Assembly: GCF_009914755.1 (NCBI RefSeq)
Contig: NC_060942.1
From: the human T2T-CHM13v2.0 reference genome, Homo sapiens
DNA: 64,000 nucleotides
Direction: 5' to 3' (one strand)
The stretch's first letter is position 1, and every line of letters begins with the position of its first letter. This document shows, in pieces, positions 13,738-25,989 of the stretch. Under the pieces are notes generated by a model. The model did not search any database and was not told where the DNA came from. It was given only the letters and a program-made list of their open reading frames with translations. The position numbers and the translations under genes were made by a program.

Positions 13738-15800
13738 GGGCATTCTCCATTTTCTCCATTTTAATGTATCCATGCAATGTTGCTAAACGTTTAATAAACC
13801 CCATAGGCGTTAATCTGGCCATTTCCATGATGGCAACCAAGCATCATTAACCAAGGCCAAACAGCCAACTACCTAAAATGCAAAGGCATGGGAACTCAGG
13901 GCCCGGGATCACAGGATGAAGCAGAGGAGGGAAACAGCCACGTCACAGGCTTTGTGTTCTCATGACCAGGCAAGTAGAGACAGCTAAGTAATTATTATTT
14001 TTGCTGAAGATATTAACTAGAAATAAAAAATTATCTGAAGGCTTAAGGTTATGGTCTTACAGAAGACTCTAGGCTCCTGAAAAATGTCACTGGTAATTGG
14101 CTGAGCACAAACGAGCACCTTTAGTGATAGGGACACAATGGGGATGAGGGATGATGTAGACAAAGAGCTCATGTCCTGTGGGGACTTGCCCTCATCTTCC
14201 CGTGCCACAGTGGGTGTGTTTGACTTATGGGAACTCATGTTTCCAGCCATGAAAATCAAGACAGTCGGATATTCTTCATCATAAGTGTTTCAAAGCACTG
14301 GTTAACAATTACAGAATTTAAAATAAGCTTCTCAAAACTATTTCCTTGGGGAAAATTCCCACCTAAAAACCACAATTACAAAAAAGAGAACATAATCTTC
14401 AAATGCAGTATTTTAAACAGCTTCCCAGCATGGATGATGCAAATATCAAAATGTGGAGGGCTGATCACACCCCATCCCCATGCACACGCCCCTCAAGAAC
14501 CGTCTCGCAAGGAGTTGCTCACAGCTTTGGAGAAATGCAAAATGCTGGGATGTTTCAGATAGAGGAACACCCAAACCCAGGCTGAAGGATGCAGGAAGTC
14601 ATCGCCATTTGTCAACTCCACCTGGAAAGCTTTGTCTCAGGTCACATACACACACACCTGCACAATCACAACCACACAGACACACACACAAGCCCAATTT
14701 TAGGAGCATTGCATTTGACTTGTAATTCATTTCTAAACTTTTGAAGAGCCTGGAATCAGCAGGAGATTGGACACCAGAAGTAATAAGCAAATTCATCTTT
14801 TAAGAAAAGTTTCTTGAAGCAGGAAAAACATTTTCAAACTCTCTTCCCCTTAGAGTCAAAAAGCTTCTGGTTGCTACTTGCTCTATGCCTGCAAGGGCTG
14901 CTGGTGACCAGCTGAAACAAAGTTGAGGAGCCCCAAGGAGGTGTCCCAGGTCAAGCTGGAAGAAAGTGGATGAAGAGGAAGAAGCATCCAGGCCATCATG
15001 GAGGCTCTTCTAAGAGCAGAGGGGGCCTGGGAGCACAGGGGCTCCTGCTGAGCTCTTCTGCAGACTCATATTAGGGGACAGCTCCAACTTTGTCACTTGC
15101 CAGCCCTCAGATGGCCATGTGTCCCACCTGAAAATACCTCTCTGGCCCTATGCAATTCTCTGACCCTGCCAACCACATGGCTAGTTGTTCCTGGCCAGAT
15201 AAGAATACTTGTGTTGGTTCTGGAAAGTGGCAGGTGCCCTTGAACGTCATGGAAAGTTCAGAGGATTTCATTGCTGGAGTCTCTTTTCAATATTGTAAGA
15301 AGAATTCTTGCTCTGAGATGGCTGAAAAGGCCCTTGATGCTGGGAAAATTACAAGTAGTACTTTGATAAGAACGAGTCTAACATATCAAGTTAAAGAAAA
15401 TTCTCATCAACCTAAAATTTTTGTGGCTCTGTGGAATTGAAAATTATCTGGTAAATAATCCTCATTTCACAATATTTCAATATCACCCTTCTTTCAACTC
15501 ACTAGATATGTGAAAACTTTTCTCGTCTCTTATCTCAATACTAAGCCCCCACATTAAAATCCCTTTGCTTCACGCCAAAACATCTGCCATGTTTATGTTT
15601 CTCTTTGTCTTTATCAAATCTCCCTTCAGTTCCAGACCATCTTTTCCCGACATCCAATGTAATGATTCTTCTCTGAAATTTTACTGTGGACAACCTATCT
15701 TCTTGGAAGACAGCAAGATTCTCAATGAATGAGATGCTTAAGAATTATTCAGCAATTACACAAAAATGCACCACGTCTAGGCCCTGTCCTTAAAGATTTT

Positions 15801-15905
15801 GTTTCGGGGGAGTGTCTAGAAATTCACATGCTACCAAAGTAACATACATGGTGTTTTGGGGGAGTGTCTAGAAATTCACGTTACCAAAGTAACATATATG
15901 GTGTT
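15801..15905. repeat. Two-copy ~52-bp tandem duplication
   Basis: GGGGGAGTGTCTAGAAATTCAC...TACCAAAGTAACATA(C/T)ATGGTGTT occurs twice. Confidence 0.92.
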
Positions 15906-16927
15906 GAGTTGGTAGTCACAGTCCATGTGTGGGGCTTGCTACCATAACAGCAGATGCCTATGGTAGCCTGATGACAGTTTTTCAATTCTTCTTGTCTTTC
16001 ACACTCCAGTTTATTTACATTAAGTTATAAAGCTGTAGGTGTGGAGTAACCAATAGCCCTTACAGCATCTTTGGGAAAATTAGATTAAAACTCTCTAATT
16101 TCAAAGTGCAGTCCCCATCCTGGGAAGCAGGGTTATACTGGCAGAACTCCATACAGACCTCAGTCTCCACCAGGCTCTTGGCCACCAAACAATCTGAACA
16201 ACAATTGTGGTGTCCCTAGCTAGGTTTATTGGGGTAGAGAGTAAAAATCCCCCTTAGCTGATGAATTTTGCAGTGTTTTGATCACCTGAATGGCTTAGTT
16301 TTTGAAATTTAGCCAAATGTTAGAAAACCTTGGCAACACAATTGTACTCATGGAAATAATATTCATCACTACAGCAAAAAAATGGGAAGAAAGAAGCATC
16401 AAGGATAATTTTTGAAAGCATCAAACTGAGAGAAGAAGTAAAGGCAGGAAAAAGAAAGTCTGACTTGCCAAGTTTGCTTAATCAATTCACAAATATTTTT
16501 AAGCACTGACTGGGTGTAAATGCTATCCTAGGCACTTGGGGAAAAACAAGGAAAAAATGTGGCACCTGCCGCCAATAGTGCATAATCGAATTAGGGAGCC
16601 AGGGTAATTAAGATAATGAAAACACCTTCATTTATGTTTCCATAGCAGTGTGCACATCCCCATTTTAGCTCTGATCACCTAGCTGTGCTGTTGTTTACTT
16701 ATCTGTCTTTCTTCCTTCCCACTCTGTGAACACCTCAGAAGCGGGCCAAGAGCATTTCCATTTTAGAGTGCAATGGCCACTGCAATCCCGGGCTCATGGG
16801 GAAAGTTCAGGAGGGAATCAAAGAAGCTAATGCCAAGGCCACCTGCTTTAGACATTGCTTGAGAGGGTGGGGAGCAATAAGGACACCAGGACAGGAATGC
16901 GAACACCCACTCATAAGAGCACAGAGA

Positions 16928-17386
<459 letters not shown>

Positions 17387-18819
17387 CTAAGTAGGCGATA
17401 CACCTTCATCAGCACAGTCGTGTGTGGATTAAAGACACGTTGATTGAAGAGGTGTCTGAGGGCGTGGCTGGCACTCGACGCGGGGCCATAGAACTAGTAG
17501 AGGCTGATTTGTCGGTTGTCTGCTCCACAAGAACACAAGCTCCACGAGAAAAAGCAGCTTTTACCTTCTTGTTTCCTTTTGGGTTCCCTGTACCTAGAAC
17601 AGAGCCTGCCGTGGAGCGAGGACTTTACAAAGGGGGATGAATGGAGGAGTGATTCGTGGTAGCCATTGTTGCTGTTGTTTTTATTACTGTCATGCCCTGT
17701 TGTTAAAACCCTGGCAGGCAGAGTCATGTGTGATGGATGCAAGGACTGAAAAGTTGGAAATTAACTTGTCCTTGAAAATCACGTGAAGGCCTAGAGATGA
17801 AAAAAATCACTGTAACCTCAAGAATGGTGACTGTCATTTAAAAAAAGATGAGCCAATCCAACAGGGAATGTTTTCTCTCCAGCCCCTTCTTTCCCCTGTT
17901 ATGCATCCCCCCACCTTTTGACTTTTAACCTTATGCACGTTCAAAATAAAAGGTCCCACAATTTTATTTTAAACAATTATCATAGGTCCTACCTTAGGAC
18001 CCAAGCTGGAGCCATTTCAGTTTTCCTATCATATCCTGTAAAATCACACCATTGAAAAAAGATTGATTGCTTACCGAACGGATCAAACTGATGACCACCA
18101 GGATGCACACGGATTAGAAGACAGCAGTGCAAAGGGCCAGAGGGGATCCCGGGCTGCCGCGCTCTCCTTTTTTTCTTCCACGTCCTGGAGGAGGTCACCA
18201 GTGCTAAGCAAGGTGCTCGGATTAAGATCCCTTCTCTTCCCATGCTCAGCGGGATTGCTCATCAGTGATGTTCACCAGGTCCAGTTCAGAACCTGCACTG
18301 TGTCATCAGGATGGGCCGCTCTTAAGAAACAGCCATAGCCTTTCTTTCCTGAGTGCACAAGCACAATCGTGGCTGGCATGGCGTGGAATGAGGACCCCAG
18401 GAATGGACATGTTTACTCCTCACCATCTAACGGTTTTAGGCTGAATGTACAGTAGTTGGCTCATTGAAGAAACAGTCAGTTCAACCCAAACTCCCAAGTG
18501 GCTGATTTCCAGTGGTCCCTCTGAAATTTTGAGAGATTGTTTTTCTTGCATCCTAGGATGATCTGTAAGATGTTCATTAGCAGGGCATCTGTGATAAGCC
18601 ATGACCTTGAATCCTTTCTAAAAGGCACTAAGTCCTTGCTCCAGTTGGCTCAGGGGCACTGTTCTGAGATGAGCAATTACCTGTGCACGAACACGGCTGT
18701 CTGCAAATGTTTAGAAAAGTTGGAGATGCCCCTAGTTAGACACAGTGTTAAACACAAACGTAAGGCAATGAGCCTTACATTTCATTAGTTGTGGTAATCT
18801 TAAAATATGTGTGTATTTA

Positions 18820-19555
18820 CAATGAGATACCATCTCACACCAGTTAGAATGGCGATCATTAAAAAGTCAGGAAACAACAGGTGCTGGAGAGGATGTGGAG
18901 AACTAGGAATACTTTTACACTGTTGGTGGGACTATAAACTAGTTCAACCATTGTGGAAGTCAGTGTGGTGATTCCTCAGGGATCTAGAACTAGAAATACC
19001 ATTTGACCCAGCCATCCCATTACTGGGTATATACCCAAAGGATTATAAATCATGGTGCTATAAAGACACACGCACATGTATGTTTATAGTGGCACTATTC
19101 ACAATAGCAAAGACTTGAAACCAACCTAAATGTCCAACAACAATAGACTGGATTAAGAAAATGTGGCACATATACACCATGGAATACTATGCAGCCGTAA
19201 AAAATGATGAGTTCATGTCCTTTGTAGGGACATGGATGAATCTGGAAACCATCATTCTCAGCAAACTATCACAAGGACAAAAAACCAAACACCGCATGTT
19301 CTCACTCATAGGTGGGAGTTGAACAATGAGAACACACGGACACAGGAAGGGGAACATCACACACCAGGGACTGTTGTGGGGCGGGGGGAGTGGGGAAGGT
19401 TAGCATTAGGAGATATACCTAATGTTAATGAAGAGTTAATGGGTGCAGCACACCAACATGGCACATGTATACATATGTAACAAACCTGCACATTGTGCAC
19501 ATGTACCCTTAAAACTTAAAGTATAATAATAATATAATATAATATAATATAATAA
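18820..19555 (+). mobile_element. L1PA (about PA4-6) 5'-truncated 3' fragment with 18-bp TSD
   Basis: ORF2 C-terminus plus 3' UTR, with an (AATAT)n tail. AAAATA(T/C)GTGTG(T/C)ATTTA at 18802-18819 and 19556-19573. Confidence 0.96.
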
Positions 19556-21354
19556 AAAATACGTGTGCATTTAAATATGTTCCTCAATTTACTCATCAAT
19601 TTTCAGTACTGTTTTTTTACAGGTGTGTAAAGGCAACTTAGCTTTTGAGAAAAATGAGACATTTTGCTGTTATTTTATTCTCTTTTAGAAAATGCCGCAC
19701 AAAGGTGTGGGGAAAGTGTCAACAGAAAGATGGAATTCTTTTGTTTTTTAAACATATATAAAGTTTTCTCACAGAATACTTCTCTTCTGGTTTTAAAAGT
19801 ATTGAAGACTCATTATAACATTTAATTAACAGTGAGAAATTCATCACATTAACGATGCTCAGTTAAAATCCAGGCCCCAGGAAGGCACTCAAAACGTATA
19901 GGTTAAGTTCTAGTCAACATTAACATCCGCCACTTTGCACTGTTGTGTAGCTCTCGATTAAACACACTTTGGGATCATAATGTACATGGAATGCAATCAA
20001 TGGTGCAACCTTGGAGAAACCAAATCTGAAATATCTCCTCCTCTCTGGGCAGCCACCACCAACCCACTTACACACCTGGAGCTGTCCATCTGAGCTAAGG
20101 TTAAAATGAATACACACCCGTTCTGTCCCAGGGTTCACACGAACAGGAGAAATAACTTAGAGTAGAAATTTGAAACAGAGTCAGTTTGGTGGCTTCTTTT
20201 TCGCCTACAGAGAGTTTCAGAATCCTCTCAAACACTGTTGAAAGCAGGGGAAAGGCTGCTTTCTGTATTGCTGCAATTTCCAGAAAACATTAACTTTATA
20301 AAGCACAGATTCCAGCTTTTGGTATCTTTTGACAATCTCAATAGGGGTAAAGATCAAGGATTTCCCTACCAGCAATTTGCAGATGCTGCTCGAAGCTCTT
20401 TCTTTTGGAAGAGATGAGGAAAACAGAATAATAAAATTCTTTCCAAAAGGAAACAATAGTTAACTGTATTGAAGCTGCAGCTAATTTGGGTTTGTGAGCA
20501 TTCCCGCACTATGTTTCTGGGTTTTCTTTCTGAGATAGTCTTCTCCCCTCCGCCATTTCATGCATGTATTTATATGTATCATTTTCTTTCTGTCTGTCTT
20601 TTAGGTTCTGTTTGTACTGAGGCTTCGAATATAGAGCCAAGTCTTGTTTATTTCCTGCTATGCAGTTATCCCAAGATTGCGAGCCTGTTTTGGAAAAAAA
20701 AAAAGGATTTTTTTTTAATTTGGAAAGCATCCTGTTCTGTAGTATTTCAAATTTAGAATTCCATTTCGCTGCAAAATGAAAACAAAGAGATAAAGCGCAG
20801 TCCTGTGTGTTCAAGTTCAGATGAATCTCAGCCACATTCCATAGATTATTTTGATTTAGTTTTAACAAAATACCACATTAAATCACTCTAATGAGCTGTG
20901 TCTGTTCCCCTCTCCGCACAAGGTCATTAGGTACAAGACAGCATCTTTCTGCACTGTCTTCACTATTTCATGTCAGAGATGTCAAAAAAGACTTTGATGG
21001 TTTTCTATCGCAGAGAATAGGACACAACTGTTCCTAAAGGGAAAGGGTATGTACCTTCGCAGGGAAGCGATTTGTCATGTTTCTCCAGGACTGGTTCCCG
21101 ACACTCACGGCTGAGAAGTGCAGGCACACATCTCGTCCTGGGAGGAAAGTTCACCACCCCTTCCCTCCTGCTCACTCACAAATAAGCTCATCTCACACAC
21201 TTCCTTCCAGCAGCCTCCTTCCACGTCTGTGCTTCCGGGGGATGAAAGGAAAAACCTGAAATTAGCATACATATTTAAAATACCTGTCATTAAATGAATT
21301 GTGCCTCTTTTTTTTTAGGGTACCAGCTGTCTTTTTAATTAATGAGAGTTGCAG

Positions 21355-21555
21355 GTACATGATGCTCACAAATATTGCACCACACACCCCGTACACCCAT
21401 GGCAGGCCAGACGCTCACTTCCATTGTGCCGTGGGATGCAGACAAGGTGAGGGCAGCCAGGTATCAGAAGGTGAACAGCTCGGAGTTACACCTGATACAC
21501 TAATTACAGAGCAACAGCTCCTGTTCCGGCTTCCAATGAGGGGTCTGAACAGCCT
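21355..21555 (+). repeat. Local duplication block A (copy A' at 23020-23220)
   Basis: 201 bp, 6 substitutions by manual alignment. Confidence 0.97.
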
Positions 21556-21765
21556 CGTCAGTGCTTTCCGAGGTTGTTAGCGTGACTAATTATCTCCTGG
21601 TGTAGTTTCCGTGAAGGCTGGTATTCAGAGGAACAGTAAGCAGGTGGATGCCCATTGAGGGCTAGGTAAACTGAAACAGGCTTCAAGGCAATGCATTGGT
21701 GGATACAGAGCCTGGGTTAAAGTTCAGCAAAGTTTCCCAAAATGGAAGATAAAGTCAAAGTCTAA

Positions 21766-21936
21766 GGACCCGAGCCACGAATTAACATGAGTGAAGCTGG
21801 CAATGATCTGCATTACTAAACAACTGTGTATTGCTGGTTGATTGTAACATTTTGCTGGTTGATAGGCATTTGCAAGTTCATATCAGATAATTCTTAAGTA
21901 TATTTTTTATTTTGTGGCTACTGTCTCTTAGCCAAA
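21766..21936 (+). repeat. Local duplication block B (copy B' at 22828-22996)
   Basis: 171 vs 169 bp, 8 substitutions and one 2-bp indel by manual alignment. Confidence 0.97.
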
Positions 21937-22827
21937 CTTCACTTCTGTACACTAGGGTGTTAGTGAATAGGATATCTGTGAAAAAGATGTCTGTGATCAA
22001 ATCTTAAAGCACTTCTACCAAACTAAAAGATAAGATTATGCCAAATGAGGTCACGTGGAGAGATTTACTAACATACAAAAGTCTTGAGGAACTTCATGGA
22101 AACGGGCTTGCAGTCGAAGTTGTTTTAAACTCTTTTTCCACCTTTCTCTTGGGTCCCACCAAGACATTCTGAAATGAAGAAAATCAAGCCCAGCAGCCAT
22201 ATTTATTTTTTAAGAAAAGAAATTGGAATCTCTTCTCTCTGCACAGATTTCACAGCACTGTGCTTTGTTTGCCATCTGATCCTTGTGACAACCCTGGACC
22301 ATGAGCAGCAAAGGTGCCACCACCCTCTGATGAGAAAGATGTGGGGATGTTGGGGGCTGGAGGTGGCTGAGGCAGACCCAAGTCATGGGCACTGGAGTAG
22401 CAGCCAGATTAATCACAGGGAGTGCGTAAAAGAATAAAGAATGAGAAGGGGCTCGTGCAGATGCGGGGGCAGGGGGTGGCACCCTGGAAGCCATGCAGGA
22501 GTGCTCTTTAAGAACCTGGAAATCAGTTTTCGCTTTGAGAATTAAGCTACACCACCAACACAGCATGATCAGAGCTAAACAAAACAAAACTCCATCAACG
22601 AGATGGACTGCCTTCACATCCAGCATGAATTAAAAGCAGGCTTGTCAAACACATCTCAGGGCGAGAAGGCCCTTTGGTATGACACGATGCAGGCCTAAAA
22701 TGGAAGCACCAGAAAGAACAGTTATGTGGGGAAACTGCTGCAAAGCCCACCTAAGTACCGACCCTGGGAGCGAGTCCTCTGCCCCCAGCCCCAGCGCCTG
22801 CCCTGCCTAACAGGTATATCTTACTGC

Positions 22828-23220
22828 GGACCTGAGCCACGAATTAACATGAGTGAAGCTGGCAATGATCTGCGTTACTAAAAAACTGTATTGCTGGTTG
22901 ATTGTAACATTTTGCTGGTTGATAGGGATGTGCAAATTCATATCAGATAATTCTTAGGTATATTTTTTATTTTGTGGCTAGTGTCTCTTAGCCAAATACC
23001 ATTTGTGTACACTATTTGTGTACATGATGCTCACAAATATTGCACCACATACCCCGTACACCCATGGCAGGCCAGACGCTCACTTCCATTGTGCCTTGGG
23101 ATGCAGACAAGGTGAGGGCAGCCAGGTATCAGAAGGTGAGCAGCTCGGAGTTGCACGTGATACGCTAATTACAGAGCAACAGCTCCTGTTCCGGCTTCCA
23201 ATGAGGGGTCTGAACAGCCT
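22828..23220 (+). repeat. Composite B'-linker-A' duplicated insert
   Basis: Copies of B and A in swapped order, joined by a 23-bp linker. Confidence 0.95.
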
Positions 23221-24126
23221 TTGTGTACCATTCGTGTGGCTGGACGTTGGAATCATCAAACTCCGTGCTCCTGTTCTGACTGCCTGTTCCCCAAGCATCC
23301 TTCTGATTGTTTGACTTCCCAAGTAGCTTGCCTACAGGGAGAGAATGTGTTGGTCAGGATGAAGCCAACATCTGGTCCACTTGACACTTATATTACTCAC
23401 TGTAAATTAATGAACTGGCACTCTGGTTTCCTGTGTCAGTCTCCTCTGAGATGTGCTAACACGAGTCAGTGTTCTTGAGCCAGACCAACTCTGAGACCCT
23501 GAAAAATCCAAGCCTGTAGATGGAGGGACTGCACCAAGCCAGGCCGGAAGTCCACTCTAAAGTTTCTGCAGACCCCAGTTAAAGTAAATGTCATTCCCAA
23601 AGATAAGCACAAAAATAATCATCCCTTCAATCACAAATTGACCTGAAAATTGTAAGGCAGTGTATGTAATCCAGAGATGCCAAGTCAGCAGGGGACTAAA
23701 CCGGAGACCTGGTGGTAATAAATGGCTGATACCACAGATAAAAGTATGGGGCAGGCCTGGGTGAGCACTGAGACCTCAGAGGCCTTCTCCCACCCCCTGT
23801 CAAGGTGGGACAGGGACAGGAGCATCTCACTCATGAGAAATGACCTTGTAGGTGTACAGGAATTAGAATCAACGGAAAGGGAGCCTCTTAAAAGAATTTT
23901 TTAACTAGCTGCAGAGTTTCTTCCCAATCGACATTTTCTTATATGATCCTGATGACAATGTGACAATAACATACCAGGTGTCATAGAAGAACCACACTGA
24001 CATTAGACTGTTTCACACAAATGAAGTCACTGTTGAAATAAGAAGAGAGAGTGTCAGAAATGAGAACGCAGAGCTGCACTATCCTCTGTTGGGGTCCCTT
24101 GCAGTCACTTGGTGTGTTACAATCCG

Positions 24127-24353
24127 CAGTCCCAAGTGTAGGCAGACACAGATACACATGTACGTACAGCCCCAAGTGTGGGCACATGTACATACAGCCC
24201 CAAGTATGTACACATGTGTGTACAGCCCCAAGTGTGAGCACATGAAGATACACGTGTGTGTACAGCCCCAAGTGTGAGCACATGAAGATACACGTGTATG
24301 TACAGCCCCAAGTGTGGGCACATGCGGATTCACGTGTACGTACTGTCCCAAGT
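24127..24353. repeat. Minisatellite (VNTR-like) with 40- and 28-bp units
   Basis: CAGCCCCAAGT-like anchor at 24127, 24167, 24195, 24223, 24263, 24303, 24343. Confidence 0.95.
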
Positions 24354-25989
24354 CCTCCGGAAAGTGTGAGGTGGAGGACAGCAGAACCAACTGCTCTGGG
24401 TCGTCAAGAGCTTTCTGAGTCAGGTGGATTTGCAGCAGAGCTGCTTTGCTCTTGCAGTGCCAGATAAGCTCCCCGGGAACGCCATTGGTGTGCAACGAGA
24501 CATTAATGGTGGCCCGGAGCCTTGGACCCTGACCGGTGAGAGCAACGCCTTTCCTTGGCACATCTTCCTGAATTAAAGCGTGAACCCCACAGGCATGGGA
24601 ACAGAGGAAACAAGGCGGCCTTCCGTTCTTACAGCTCCATTTCCCATACTCACATCCATTATCTTCCGTGGATTGAGTCATTCCGATTCTGGCAAATCTC
24701 AGAAAAATTGCAAATGTGCTTGTCTCCGACTGCCGTGTGGATAGTTCACTATGCTGTGAGTTCATGGTGCTATTTAGTTTACCTCGATCAGGCGCCATGG
24801 TCCAAATTGCATACATTTTCGACATTAGGAGTAACTGGTGAATGATGACTGCCCTCCTGCTTCAGAGGAGTGTGGTCTGTTTGGGTGCTGGCCACATCCT
24901 TGTGTTGTTCAGACGGTTGTCTGTTTGGAAGAGCTGAAGTAAATCACATCCACAGATAATAGCGCAGTAGGGACAGTGCCTAGGGGAGGGAAAAAAAAAA
25001 GAATAATACCTGAGTCATTTCATTTGCTATTTTCAGGAAAGGATATTTGAAAATTTCAAAGACATTTGGTAATTTCAAAGACATTTGATAATTCTAAACA
25101 GCTCGTTAAATTACCCTGCTAACTGTAGAAGAGGAAGATCGTCCAAATCTCTGCTCATATTGCTGAGGGGGCCAGGCATTAGGAAGAACTCCTGCACAGA
25201 TTTTTGGCGAACACCAGGGCCCTTTTTTTTCTAAAGACATTCCCTCTATTGCCCGCTGCTTGCTGCTTCATAACACTTGACAAATTCACAGTTCTTAAAA
25301 GCCCCCATAAATGTTTTGAAAATTGCTCCATTTTATCAGGGAGTTCTCTGAGCCTTGTCCCTGATACTCACCATGTTTTCATTCTCCATTCCTTGTTTAT
25401 CTTTATTTTTATGCATTTTCCAACATATAAGGGCTGTCGTTATTAGTATCAGCATTCTCGTTATTACTATCATGACGTTAACCACGGAAAAGACTCAGCA
25501 TCTGCGAGCTAGAAATTCCCGCAATTGTGAGATTCTCATCACTTCCCCAAAACTAATAAAAAAAAGTAAATAAAACCATCTAAAGAAAAAAGTAAGGCAT
25601 CTTAAGCTGTTATGTGCTTCAGGAAAAATCCATGTGCATATCTTACTTCTTGCAAGTCAGCTTAAGCTGGCCAGGGGCCGGAGCATGGCTCGGTCACAGA
25701 TATTGAGAAATCCTTCACCGAATTCCATTTGGACAGGAGGAGTAATTTCAGGGTATGTGGGTGGGAGAGACTTGGAGAAAGGGAGACGAGAGAGCATAGA
25801 GTCCCTGATGGAGTACGGGGGAGGGGACGAGGAGGAAGGATGGAGTGAGTTAGTAAAATTGCACTAGAGACCTAAAATTATAGATCTGTTCGGAATATTA
25901 ATCCCCACAGCTGCTAGAAGGAGGCCAGCCGATTGAAACTTCTTTGGAAGACTTTCCTGGACAAGTTCTATTAAAAATGAGATAGTGTA

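Noticed and set aside
21299-23314. Two ORFs sharing MMLTNIAPHTPYTHGRPDAHF, resembling paralogous genes
   Set aside because: Explained by DNA duplication A/A'. Starts and ends differ and there is no evidence of coding constraint.
24127-24353. CRISPR-like repeat-spacer appearance
   Set aside because: The spacers are themselves near-identical, the context is a primate genome and there are no cas genes; it is a minisatellite.
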